Shown one piece after another: positions 12,041 to 25,089 of a stretch of 64,000 nt of DNA (the first letter of the stretch is position 1; each line of letters begins with the position of its first letter). Origin of the DNA: Balanoglossus misakiensis (Eukaryota; Animalia; Hemichordata); contig CM082585.2 of NCBI GenBank assembly GCA_040954595.2, positions 6,659,808 through 6,723,807 on the forward strand. Direction: 5' to 3'. The notes below the pieces were generated by a model, which saw only the letters and a program-made list of their open reading frames with translations, was not told the DNA's origin and did not search any database. The position numbers and the translations under genes are program-made.

Positions 12041-15000
12041 ATGCCGGGAAAGAAGAAAGGCAAAGGAAAGAAAGGCAAGAAGAAGAAGAAACTGAAGGGA
12101 TTGTTAGAAGAACCTTGCGAACTTGTCAAGAGATTACAGAAAGTCTACACTAACATTTGCACGGAAAAACTGACAGCAATGTGTCCGGTTGTAAAACGAA
12201 ATCTGAGAGAATGTGTGGAAGATAATAAGCTAATGGTCAAGGCAAGTTATCAGAGTACAAAAACACACACTAACTAATTACTGAAGATACACCCAAAGAT
12301 CAGGGCAACTTGGAGTACTTATTTAGTGTTTGTAATGACCTTCGAATACTCAAGAATTACATAATGTAAGAAAATTATAAAATCATTTATTTAATTGCCA
12401 ATGTTCCATTTCAGTTTATCCTTGAGCCAATACCATCGTTTGAAGATCCCGAGATTAGCAACGTACAACTTGAGCCACTGGTGAAAGCAATCAGAAATGA
12501 ACGTTACAAATATGTGAAAGAAATCTACGTCTGGGATATTCCCTTGCAACATGCACATATTGCCAATCTGGTGAGGTTTCTTACATTAAAGGGACAAAGC
12601 CCTCTCTCTCGCTGCCCTTTTTACATTACACAAGACACCAGTAATGTTATTCTACATGTAGATATGTAGTGAATCGATGTTCGACCACACAAAACTTCCA
12701 TCACATTTGTAGGATATGAGAGTAAAAATCTCGCCAAAATGAATAAACGGTAGAGACTGATTATTCGTTTTGGTGAAATTTGCAATGTTGGTGGTTGCTG
12801 ATTACTTTGTTCTTGTATGATGTGTAAATCATGGCAACATTAAATGTACATTGTATGCTTTTATCCAGGCATTGATGCTGGAGAGAGGTTTTTATCCCGT
12901 CAAAGTTCTGGAATTTATGGACTGTCAGATGGAAGCATATGCCGCTGAAAGACTTCTACGGTAAGGACGTAGTCCAGCAAATAACTTTATTCATTTCATA
13001 ATGATCTCCGTAATGAGACTATAATATGCAAAAAATGTCTCTTGTAAGAATTGAAATGAAAAAATTGAAATATTTGATCCATATTGCCTTCCAGATCTAA
13101 TATAAATAATTTCTATCTTTTCCACAGGAACTGTCACCTGTTTCCAACACTGACCATCTTGTCATTTGATTATAATGAGTGAGTACATGTATCTACAAAA
13201 TGGGCTTTTGTCTTGTTATTATGGTGTCTGAAAATACTGGAAACTCCTCAAAATGCAGAGACAAAAATCTGCAGAAATAAAGTGGTGGATGTTTTGACAG
13301 ATGGATATGTTGAATTTATGAGTGTCGTCAAAAATTCACATTTAATAATATTTTATCATTGATTTGTAATTTTGCTGTTGTTTTTTTGTTCAGGTTTGGT
13401 GATGAAGGTGTCGCTGGCATATGCAGGGGATTAAAAAACAACAGAACTTTGTTGAGTTTAAGTCTTTGTTACTGCGATTTGGGAGTTGAAAGCGGGAAGC
13501 TTCTTGGAGATATAGTTGCCACTACTGCTCTCCGGTATGTGTGTGACTCAGAAAATATACTGTATTAATAGTAATATGCCTTTTTTTTCGAGCAGACGAC
13601 GCAAGTTAGCGGTGACGTAATTTCTGAAGTGATAAAAATTGAAACAACTTTCATCTGTTCAGCTAACTTTCAATGTATTTGAAGTAGATTCATATAGTGT
13701 ATTTCTTGAACTTTTTACAAAAATGTAAAATTTAGAATTTTTGACTATTGTACCTATAACTTGCAAAATTCATCTAAGCAGTTCCAATATATCCGAAATC
13801 AGAAGATGTACTGCATTGCTAGAAAATACTGCAACATAATGGAAGTCAAATAGAAATCTAAAACATTGTTGGGTGAAACAAATTTCAAATTGAAATATAT
13901 AGATATAAAGAGGTGACTAAATTTATGGTATTTTTCGCCAAACAGGGAACTTTATTTGAATGGAAACAACTTGGAAGCAGAGGGTGCAATAGAACTGATA
14001 AAATTAGTGTCAGATAATGCCAAGATTGAACATTATGAAAGAGAAGAAGCAGCTAGATTGAAGGCCGAGGAAGAAGAAAGATTAGCGGAAGGTAATGAAT
14101 TGCTACTATTACTTCTGATTGATAATTTTGTTCAGAGTATTTTATTCTGTGTCACAGGTGCCTTCATGATATCATATTCTACCTCTGAGGGTAGGCTGAA
14201 ATGCAATTCGTCAACACAACCAGAATTTAGAGTCTGGTACATGTGATTCATGATGGCTTTGGTTAAAATCCTAAAAATGTAAGGGTTATTTCCTTCCCTT
14301 GTCTGTGTCCCACACAATCTGGCTCGGAATATTTGTGAAAATGTAGCACCACACAGTTTGGATTTGCACACAGTAATCAAGATACAGCTGAACCTGCTCA
14401 CCATTAACGAAAAGATTGAGTAGACCATGCTCATGTTTAAACTATCCACAGGCATTACAAGCTAGTGAATTTTTTGGAAGAGGCATACAAAAATAGTTCA
14501 GCGTATGATCTGAATATGGAACTCGGAGCCTTAGTAGTAATTTATTCTCTTGCGTCATAGAAACGATCACCAACCCTTGTGGTCGCAAGCAATATCTCTA
14601 TATTCCGCCTGCAATGCAAAAGTGAAGTTGCATAATTGATTTGTATATATTCTGTAAAACGTACTTTAGCATTTTGAAATATGTCCGGCGTACATAGTGT
14701 CGTGTTTCTGATGACGTCAATGGTTATGAAGATGTCAGTCTCTGGAAGAATAATGTTGAGATCTGAAATATGAACCAGATGTGATTGTTCTGCAATTTTT
14801 ATTCAATGGTTATATGATCCAAGTCTTCCAAGGAGCATACCCTGTGTAATATCTGAATGTTTATTGATTTTTGACGGAAGAAGCCTACATTTTGTTCTGC
14901 ATGAATAAATATGTTTTGTGTAAAATTCTGTTAAATCTAGTATAGAATGTGTGTACCATACCAAGGGAATAAGTCTTAAAATTGTTCTCATATTTACTCA

Positions 15001-17602
15001 AACCATCTTATGATACTTCTCTGATAAAATTGAGAACAAATTTTAGGTCACCATGCTAATTTTTGTCAAATTGTCTTAAATTTAAAATTCAAAATGGCTG
15101 CCAATCTCTGTGTTAAGTCTATGAAGCGATTTTCATGACAACAAGACAGTGAACACCCTGTTTTCTTCTTTGTTTTCAAAACGGCTCCCTGCACGATTTA
15201 AGATATTAAAAGCTCGAATGTTCCGGAGAAATTGTTTTTCTGAAACTCTGTCCCTGAGGCTGGTATTACCTTAAGTCCTGCACTGTTCAGATTTTCGTGT
15301 AATGTGGGTTGTGTGTAATTTATTTTTGCAGAAAAAAGGACGAAAACACTGTTGAATTCTGGGACAGGAATCGTTAATGGTGAAAATGAAGAGGATGCTA
15401 AGAGTGAGAAATCCGGCTCTGCAAAAAGTAGAAAAGGGGGACTTACTGGAAAGAAGAAAAAGAAAAAAGGTGAATAAACGTCTCAAATTTTTTTGACAAC
15501 TGATGGGCGACATAGCTGTTATTGGGTGTGTGTATTTTCACCTATGTACCTAGACTGCCGATCACTGTCTGAGACTTAGCTGTGAACAGGGACCTAGCAC
15601 AGTACTGTTCACACACCCCTGTAATAATGGTGTGAGAAACTGGCCTGTGGCACTCCATTGTACTACCCTAGATCACCCCACCCACCCTTAAACTGTTTTT
15701 CTTCACTTAAAAGGTAATGCCGCAAGATTAGGTCAAACGTTAAAATTCAAGCTTGATAGGAATTATGTCATAATGTCCAATATAATAACTGGGCCAAAAA
15801 TGTTAAAATACTATCTAGCTAGGCCCCAAAAAATAATTATTTCCTAGCTACCCTAATTCTGAAGGGCGTATTGCAGGAAACTGTAATTTAACATATATTT
15901 GTTTACTTTTTCTGATAAGGTAAAAAGAAAAAGAAGAAGAAAGAGCCACCGCCGCCCCCAGCTGTTGGGCCATGGTTGTATAAATTACATATCGCTGACA
16001 ATGGTATCGATGCGTACAGCAAAGGAGGCAGTTTTGCTCCAGTTATCTGTATGAATCTCTTCAAAGCGTAAGTGTGAATTTGTATTCAGCTTGTATTCGT
16101 GCGCGACAAGTTGCATCGATACATGTACTGTACATCGAAACAGTGCTCATACTGCAGTCAGTATTGAACCCAAGAAAGTCATTTTAATGAGATATAGCTC
16201 CAGAGAAAAAACATGTTTTCTTTTAGAAAAACAAGGGAAATCAGAGTAACCTTAGCAACAGGAACAAAGAATTGGGTTTTGATTGTTGTATGGATTGGAG
16301 TATCTGAAGCAGATATGACTGTGTGATGTGATTGCCAGCACATGCATGTGGTTCGTGTGTAGGAGCTTTCCAATCTAAGATGATTAAATCGTATAATGTC
16401 AGCCATGTTAATCTGCAGATACCATGGTAGCCTGTCGCTTAGGAACCCCCCGGGGGGAAACGGTCTCCGTAGCAACAAGACGGGAAGATGTTATTAACCT
16501 TTGAGCAAGTTGCATATAGAATGAGATTTTGAGACGGAATCTGAGTGTCTTACACGGTCTAAGGTTGTCAGTGAAGTAATTTGATCTTGGAGACTGTGTT
16601 CTTCCGACTGTGGTGTTCTCAGAGGCAAATCCCGGCCCCAGGGAGCCTTGCATAAACCGTCATACATTTTCATGTAACACCAGCATTTTTGACCCTATAG
16701 CCAAGTTCTCACGACTTGCACGTATTTTGTTAGTCCCCGCGGACCCTGCTGGGCTGGGCTCTGTCCAGGGGTGTTTCCATCTATCTGGAACCGTTGCTCA
16801 GACACACTGTTGCAACATCTCCGCCCGCCAAGGTCTTGCTGTTCGAAAAATGAGAGCGTCTTTTCTATTGAGAGTTTTACCGATAATCAAAAGAGAGAAG
16901 CCTGGCTTGATTTTAAATGGAAACGACGTCTTTGCTACAAGCAGAACTGGAAGTGGCAAATGATTGTGCTATCAAGCAATGTGTTTTGTTGAAGTTGCTT
17001 AAGTCACTCCATATATGCACAAGCCACAGGCGAGTGCATATATGGAGTGAATTGTGCTATATCGAGTGGTAAACCCTCGCCCTTGCTGGGGGGTTACTGA
17101 TATAGTCCCCTTGATATCATATGCACAATTTTCACTCAGTCTATCAACACATGATACAGACGATATTAAAGAGATCTTTCTCTCTCTTGTCTTTCATGAA
17201 GACTAATCACATACTCAGATTGTCTGAAGGAACTGGATTTGGACGACAATTTGATTGGCGACCTCGGGGGTCGCGAGGTCATGGAGGCCCTGCAGCAGAG
17301 GAAAGAGCTGGGCCTGAACTCCATGAAGGTGTCCGTCACCCACCGGATGATGATGCCGGATACGTTCAGTACTATCCTCAAATTGGGCGCCGGTTTGAAG
17401 AAGAAGAAAAAGAAGAAAGGAAAGGGCAAGAAGGTGAACATCTTAGTATGCTTCAGTGATGTGTTAAACTATCACTGTACACAAACCTTTCCAATAAAAA
17501 TTTAGCGACCTTGTCCCTTCAAACACTTATATCACATATTATGGTCAAGGGTACTGTACACTCATTGCTTCATTTGTTTTCTTATTACAGAAGAAAAAGT
17601 GA
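12041..17602 (+). CDS. RNI-like leucine-rich repeat protein with three lysine-rich tracts, 10 coding exons
   Basis: Exons 12041-12241 (GC donor), 12415-12570, 12869-12960, 13128-13178, 13394-13534, 13945-14091, 15332-15469, 15920-16067, 17202-17433, 17591-17602 join in frame. LRR units include LTILSFDYNEFGDEGV, LLSLSLCYCDLG, LRELYLNGNNLEAEGA, LYKLHIADNGID and LKELDLDDNLIGDLGG. Confidence 0.85.
16849..16978 (+). pseudogene. RecQ-family helicase N-terminal relic (motif 0/I) inside an LRR-gene intron
   Basis: Two frames read VFSIESFTDNQ-REA and LILNGNDVFATSRTGSGK*LCYQA. This matches the RecQ consensus F..F...Q.EAI..IL.GRDVF...PTGSGKSLCYQ, with a frameshift and a Ser-to-stop change at 16961-16963. 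Confidence 0.75.
17004..17050. repeat. Perfect 17-bp-arm hairpin
   Basis: TCACTCCATATATGCAC ... GTGCATATATGGAGTGA with a 13-nt loop, directly after the RecQ relic. Confidence 0.8.
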
Positions 17603-18119
17603 ATTTTCACAAATGGATTTTGTGAGTGGTTACCCGTTCTACCCAAGAACTGGTGTAGGAGATAACACATGATGGAAACAGTGGTTGTGAAATTATCCAA
17701 TAGTGCCCTCATCTGTCTGTTGTATCCTGTGCAAAGAACCATTCACCACAAAAGCCTGTAAAGCCAACCTACGCAAGACTCCAGACAACGCATTTACGAA
17801 ATTAAAAAAAGAGAAGTGTTGTAAAGATAATACATTACTCCTAATATGGTCCTGCTGACTTAGTTTATGTTTCACTGTAGTTTCATGCTTTTGTGGGGGG
17901 TTGGGGGTCCATTTTGGGTCGAATTCTGGGAAGTACAGATTATTATTTTTATGTTCAATGTAGCATGTATGAGAACCACAGTGATTAATTTGACAAATTT
18001 TAATAACCAAACAAAAAATCAGAATATATATTTGTTTAGTCCATGGTGTGATGCGTCAACAACCATGCGTCAATCTGACAATAAATACCGATAGTAATGC
18101 AGAGTATCAACTTAGTCGT

Positions 18120-18131
18120 TGTCACCACCAC

Positions 18132-18163
<32 letters not shown>

Positions 18164-18182
18164 CTGTCGTCGTCATCATCAT
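18120..18182. repeat. (CAT/CAC)n trinucleotide microsatellite
   Basis: Direct reading. It produces the spurious poly-His and poly-Met ORFs. Confidence 0.95.
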
Positions 18183-19389
18183 TGGATTGTAACAGACAGA
18201 CAAGACAGGATACAGTCCAAACTGCAGCATCTGAATCACTGCTTTTATTGACCACTATTCCCTGGCATAAGTAACTCCAAAGATACATATCAAGAAATAA
18301 TTTAACTTTCAGTCAAAAAAGAACAGGATTAACACGAGAACATTTTACACCAAATATAGTCATTAAAATCCTGGAGGAACATATCCAGTAATAAGAATAT
18401 ATAGAATTCTCTTTATAACACTTTATAATCTACTCCGTCCAAAATTATGTAAAAAGGCAAAAATAATCTTTAAAATTATGGCAGCTTATTTAAAAGTATT
18501 CATTGCCAAATTGTGAAGTAAAAATTTGCAATGATGTATATTTTGTAAATTTTGAGCATATCATCTTTTAATTCCTTCATGTAATGAGTTGTATATAGTT
18601 TTGTGATTCCTGCAAATATAATACATTTATACTTTCCTTTCATGGTCTGGTTGTTTCAAGTTTATTTGGAGTCGTCTATTTGCATGATTGTTGCCACACT
18701 TCAGACTCTGGTGGTGCTCTACTGGTACTTGCATTTGGAATTTAAGTTTCACAGGTGAAATAGCATAACAAAAATGCATGGCTCGACAGAGTTCAGTCTT
18801 ACTGAAGTTTAGGCCACAGATTTTTCAATAAAAAATAACACATACCACCATAAAGGCACATAATATTATTTCACATTAAGGAAAATCGTACTTTGCCAGT
18901 TTCACCATATATGGCTCTGCTCTAACAGTTAGAGCAAAAGTGAACAGGAAGTTCATAGTACTGCTAGTGTGTGGGGTTTGAATCCTTGTTTGATGAACAT
19001 GGTAAAAAGAACTCGCCCATGCACAGGTATAACCTGAGAATATAATTTTTCGTAGTGACCAAATATTAAATGATGGAGTCATGAAAATAGTACACTGAGC
19101 ATGTTTCAGTGAGAACAACATAAATACCCAATAAAATGATACTGAAATAACCATAAATAATGTCAAAAGTTAGTGACTTTGTCCCTTTAATTAATAATAA
19201 AACTTTCTTTGTGAAACAGGTATGGTTGCAAGTGCATGTACAACCCTACACATCACCAGCAATGATTAAAACACTGATACACAATTACAAGCGGAAGGTT
19301 GTGGAATTTCATAAAAATAATTTTGCGCATTTCTGATGTGAGAAGGAATGAACGAATCAGAAAGTGGGGTGTTTTGAACTTGGAACCAG

Positions 19390-21619
19390 TTATGAAATTG
19401 TGGCAGCCTCCTTGGAATCGTTGATCATTTTCTCAGCGGCAACCTTTTGGTAGGCCGCCTCTTTCTCCTTCGTCTTCTGTTCTCTCCATCGCTGGAACTC
19501 CACTGCGTAATACAGGGACACGCCCAGAAGCAGGCAGCCAATCATGATGTACAGCTTGATCCAGGTGCACAGAAACACGCTATATGCAAATGAGACTGCA
19601 TAACCCAGGGCCTGCCAAAGGTTAAGGTGAGAGTAGGCTGCCTCCTGATTGTCGCTGAACAGGACACCATAGATAGCTGCAGGATAAGACGCACAGGAGT
19701 TAGAGACAATCTTTAGCAAATTTAATTACCAGTTCTCTGAATTAAGTTCTGCACACAAACTTGTAGACACCATTCTAGGTGAAGGCACACATATCAATGT
19801 ATGGAAAATATGCTTAAAGTGGAAGTTCATGGACTTTAAGTAATAGAATGTTAAAGGCCATAAATTCTAACTTCTGGCATTTTTTTCAGTATGTCTATTT
19901 TGTGTATCAACTCCACTTACTGTCCAAACATGCCCAGTTCAACAAGCCATGTGTACAGATGTGAGTGTACACATCCCAGCTATTGTAAACTAACACACTG
20001 AAGTCTGGACTAGAATGTAATTTTTAAACAATGACTGCTGATTATGCTCCCATGGACTATGTTGTGAAGATGAATGCATTAAACCCTGCCTCAGAGAGAC
20101 CGAACACGAAACCATGGTTGATACACAGAATAAAAATGCATGAAAAATAGTTACAAATAGTGGACCTTAATATAATTCACTTCACAAGATGGATAAATGC
20201 TTTCAACACTTACTCGATATCTGGGTGCGCCATATTGCATCAGCCATCCCCCAAACAGCGGCTATGATGAAATACGCAGCCAGATCTCCACTTTGGGGTT
20301 CCCATAGCAACAAGGCAATGAAAGTACCGAGGTTGGTCAGCATCGCCAGGGTAACCAGGAAAACTCTTCCAGTGTACTTAGCGACCCGACCAGCTATCAA
20401 CGAACAGACGGTGTCTCCAGCACCGTAGCAGATCAAAATGTAACCCACCATGTCGACGCCAATTGTACACGAAATGTACGACTGAAAACAAAGTGAATTA
20501 AGGCAGAATCACTCAAAAAGAAGCTGTTTAATTATGAAAAGGAATGTTTAAGAGTATTTTATTCTGCTTTTTACCAATAAGACGCTTTATATCTTACTTT
20601 TGTGTAATCTCCAGCAACGAATGCTTGGTCCAATCCACCATAGAATGTCATCGGTATGATTAGAATGATCCGATAGTCCTTCAGCAGTTTCAGAGTGGAG
20701 TAAAAAAGTTGAAAATTCGATTTTGTCCGATTGCGCTGCTGCTCGGTTTTGGGTAAATTGTCCAGCATTATTGCTATGAGGACGACGGCGCTTGTTCCCA
20801 CTACAAGGTAGATAGTCAGCATGATGTTTTTTATGTTCTGCGGCGGGGGGTTACAGTACGTGGTCTCGTTGCCCGTGGTCTGTTGGCAATCGCTTGCGCC
20901 GCAGGTGTACACGACGACGCCGACGTCGGTGTCGTTGTCCGTGCTCCCGCCTCGCGAGTCTCCGCCGGTCTGCAGCACGGCCGAGGCCACCAGGCTGCCC
21001 CAGACCGTGGCGCTCTGGAAGAACATGTAGAAGATCCCGAAGAAGCGGTTGACGACGGCGTCGGAAGTGTCGCGGCTGAGCTCGGCGTAGCGGATGCCGC
21101 TGGTGGTGATGTACGAGCCCTGCGCGGCGCCGCGGCCAGTCCGACCAGCGCCGCGCTCGGGATCAGAGTATACCACTGCGGGTAATAGTTAGCGACGTTG
21201 TACAGCACGTAGCACGCCATACTGGCTGCAAGAGTCCATTTTGTGTTGAGGTATCGGATCGCCAGCGGCGGCACAAACAGACACGACAGTACCATGGAGG
21301 TGTAAAGGGTAGTCAAAGAGGCCAGCCCGAGTCCCTCTATACAGTTGATCGAACTTTGCAAATTCTGCAATCCTCGGTACGACGTGAAAAGGAACAGAAA
21401 CGACGTGCTGATCACAAGAAGATTCTTGACTATCCGCCTTTTGTGAATTTTCCTCTCTTTAGCAGAAATACTCTCGTTTTCCGTGGCATCATTGACGTTC
21501 ATGGAGGACGTCTCGACAGTTTTATCTTCTGCGTCACCCATACCGCCAAGTTTGGTTGAGGGTGCCAACCCCTCACACTCAGGCAAGTCCTCATGAACTT
21601 CAGCAAACCCAGTTTCCAT
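19390..21619 (-). CDS. UNC93A: UNC-93 homolog A-like MFS membrane protein, frameshifted near 21125 in this sequence
   Basis: Exons 21629/21619(ATG)-20598, 20481-20214, 19676-19390. Peptides KNLLVISTSFLFLFTSYRGLQNLQSSIN, NYYPQWYTLIPSAALVGLAAAP, AQGSYIT, FFGIFYMFFQS, GDYTKSYISC and EAAYSHLNLWQALG are UNC93A-type. The first coding exon is split across two ORF-track frames. Confidence 0.88.
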
Positions 21620-23964
21620 TGTTCAAATGCTGAAGAAAGACAAAAATACTCAATATAGTTTTCGCACATTACCGAGTGTGGAGATAACTTCTCTATACAG
21701 TCAAAATCTTACACCGATCAGGAAACATTGTTCATTCAGTGCTTCCAATGTGATCACCTAAAGTGCTATAGACTCTCTGGTCAATTTTAAAACACAGCCT
21801 GTGCTTACTGATGATAGCTCATAATACATACCGGGAAAATATTCCACTCAGAAAGGGCTTAACTTACTCTGTTCAGCAATTACAACACTTACAAGACAAA
21901 AAAGAATACTTATGGCGCAGCAGTTCCCAGTATACCGGTATTTGTTAGGGACAACTACTCGAACAAAGGACATGTGATTTTTGATATAAATATATAGATT
22001 GTAATTGGTGGAATATAGCATAGGGTCTGGTCTCCACTTTTATTAGCAACCATATAAACTATTTACAGCTATCTCAAACTATTCACAAGCTGGTTAGCTA
22101 TACTAAAACTTTTTATAAAGGGGTTCGAATGCTACAATAAGATATATAAAGAACCCTTTCTGGCTGGATATCCTATATATAGGAGAAATTTGGGTATGTT
22201 CCCAGAAAGCCAGGCTAGAAAGGTATAAATGCATTAGAAGAAGATAGAATATGCCAAACAAACAAGGGACCTAGCAGAATATAGAATTCTGCTGTTATGT
22301 GCTGCTATAAATAAAAAAAAATAAAGATTTTTAGTGGATGTGTGTAGATATCAGCAATAGAAAAACCCAGAATGTGGAAAAAAAAATTTAATATGCAAAT
22401 TAGCAATACATTTTGATGACCATGCTACACGATGCAAGATATATCATTGTACATCATGGTAGTTATAAAAGTTCATTAAATATGCAAATTTCATGGTAAT
22501 TGATGCGAAACTGCATAGTCAAAGTTATGTGGCTGTAGCAAGTTTCATTCCCACAATAATAAACAAGCAAAAATTGCAAATTATTGATAAAGCTGTCATG
22601 AAATTAGCAAAAAATTAACAAAATACACGTGATGAGCGCAAATTTATCACACGTTTGTGATACGTTCGTCCTTGTACAGTGTAATGCACACATTGTTGGA
22701 AGCTGTGCCTTGTGTTTTGTTCATATACAATTCCCTGCACAGAAAAGCCGCCCATGGTTACTCACCTGGTATTCGCGGCCCAAGACGACCCGGGAGTTCA
22801 AAACGGTGTCGGGTCAAAGTCGGGGACACAAGCTCAACCACTCGATCGTTCACTATGTTTCAACGTCATCATTATGAGTCAGGGCTAACAAATGTTTGGA
22901 TTAGTATATTATCACCTGGGACTAGTGTAGTATTCGTCTCAGATCATCACAGATCGATCGATCAGTAACACGTATGGTATTAATTGCCATTGGCTCTAAA
23001 TTTTCACTGGGACAAACCACAGACAAGCTCTCCTTTTATGTGCAAGTAAACATACCTTGCTGTAAAGGTTGCCTGCCAGTGAGAACATCACTAGAGAGCC
23101 ACGGATTCACCCATTTACACGCCAACATATACAACAGCTGTAGCTGGCAGCTAGCCATCCACAGACGCCATCAGCAGCGCGAGTAGTGCTAGTGACCTTG
23201 AATGACCCCAAGTCACGTCCTCAAAACAATGCTTGTCATCATGTGATTCTGATGTGGGCTATCGGGCCGGCCTATATATGTGCTGATACACTTTAATTTA
23301 TTGGGTATTGAAGAAAAGGCTACTCTACGTTGACCCTTCGTCTCAGTGTTTACCATAAATTTTGAAATATACGGTTCACATATGTTGTAAACAACTGAAC
23401 TGGGTTTTCAAATGTATGTGGACCTAGCACCTGTAGGCACAGTCTACGTTATCACAGAAAGCATTATTCACATTGTAAAATAATTCGGCCATCATGTTTT
23501 CTTGTGGCTGAAAGGAAAAAAGCACAAATGCTAAAAAAATATATGCTGAAGTTGCAGATAGTGGCCCTTTAATACAGTATACTCGTCGTCAACTCATGAG
23601 ACCGTGTCATGATAGTACGGTAGATCAGACACCAAATGATGCGTATCCCCTGGTTACTAAGCAAGCCTGTCATTCTAATCCGCCATTTTTTTCATTTTCT
23701 CACACTCAACGCAATCAGTCAACTCGTATATATATTTAATTGGCGAAATTATAGACATAAGACGCATGCGTCAGAAAAGGTGACACTATCGACATCCGAC
23801 CGAGCTGACGGCAGGCAACCAGCTTCCAACAATACCCAGATTCATTTTTTACCATGGTAACACAGATTACCGTACCAACAAATTACCAAGGTGCAAAGTA
23901 ACAGCTGCAAAAGTCGCACTTTGTATTTCATATAGGCCTATATATATTTTTTTAAATTTTCAAT

Positions 23965-25089
23965 ATGAAAAGGCCTAGTAATGTACGGATCCTACTCGGT
24001 TTGCTGATTTTGTCGTTTAATATGCTGGTCCTCTGGATTTTGTCGTTCCCGTCGTTTAGAAACATAGGCGATGAAAGGCGATCGATTGGCGATTACCACG
24101 AGAAAAATTACTTCCACCGTGTCGGGACTACGTTGCCGAGCCAGCAACCAGGCGAACATGGTGCGCGCGTTTTAATCCAATCGCGATTCCGAACTGGCTC
24201 GACGCTTACCGAGCGATATTTCACGGGTCACCCCGGTTTCTTCGGGGTCCACGAACCGGGTCTCATGTTACAGCGGCATCTTGGGTACCGCATCATGGAG
24301 GAGAGCCGGGAGGCGCTGGAGAAAATCCGAGAAAACTTGCTGGACTTCATGCACGATATTTACCACTGCAACTTCACCGGCCATCCTTACTTTTTCGACG
24401 GGTTGAACAACATAGGCTGCCACTTGATCAGGACATACCTGACTGAAATCGAGAAACCTGTCACCAATGACGTCATCGCGCCCATTTGCGAGACGCGGCG
24501 TCACAAAGTCATCAAGGTGTGTCGACTGTACAGTATTTTGGGTTCAGAGCGCCTTGTCCGCCAAGACAACGTCAAGGTCATATTTCTGGTGCGAGACCCA
24601 CGGGGGATGGCAAGTTCGAGGATGGATTTCACTGACATACACACACCGGAGGAGAATTTTGACACGGACAAGGAGTTTAGGTTTCTTCGCAAGATGGAAA
24701 TAGTAGTGAGCGACTATTGCCAGTGGTTGGAGGAGAATTACATACCTCCCTCTAGCGTCCCCGATTGGTTAACGAATAATTATTTAATAATAAGGTACGA
24801 AGATCTCGAATCGAGAGAATATGAGATGGTTGAGAAGATGTACGAATTTATCGGAGCCCCCATGCACGAGGATGTTTATCGGTTAATCGCCGAAGAGGAT
24901 TTCGGGAACAACGGCGAGAGATGGCGAGAAAAGCTGAGATTTGAAGAGGTGCTGCGGGTTCAGGAATTGTGTGGAAAAGCGACGTTTGACAAGTTCGGCT
25001 ACAAGTTTGTCAACAGCGTGAGCGAGTTATGGGACAACAGTACGAGTCTGGTCGTTGACTGGTCCAAAATGAACACCCATCTAAATTGA
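23965..25089 (+). CDS. Carbohydrate sulfotransferase (CHST1/CHST3-like Gal/GlcNAc/GalNAc 6-O-ST family), uninterrupted ORF, copy 1
   Basis: 374-aa ORF with an N-terminal type II TM anchor, 5'-PSB QSRFRTGST, HEP, 3'-PB VKVIFLVRDPRGMASSR, RYEDL and C-terminal VQELC..FGY. Confidence 0.9.
   Translation: MKRPSNVRILLGLLILSFNMLVLWILSFPSFRNIGDERRSIGDYHEKNYFHRVGTTLPSQQPGEHGARVLIQSRFRTGSTLTERYFTGHPGFFGVHEPGLMLQRHLGYRIMEESREALEKIRENLLDFMHDIYHCNFTGHPYFFDGLNNIGCHLIRTYLTEIEKPVTNDVIAPICETRRHKVIKVCRLYSILGSERLVRQDNVKVIFLVRDPRGMASSRMDFTDIHTPEENFDTDKEFRFLRKMEIVVSDYCQWLEENYIPPSSVPDWLTNNYLIIRYEDLESREYEMVEKMYEFIGAPMHEDVYRLIAEEDFGNNGERWREKLRFEEVLRVQELCGKATFDKFGYKFVNSVSELWDNSTSLVVDWSKMNTHLN

Noticed and set aside
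18036-18251. Poly-His and poly-Met ORFs
   Set aside because: Translation of a (CAT)n microsatellite in a UTR or intergenic region.
19851-20170. TTAA-bounded intronic segment resembling a Kolobok-type MITE (similar end at ~15245-15273)
   Set aside because: TIRs too degenerate to fix boundaries confidently.
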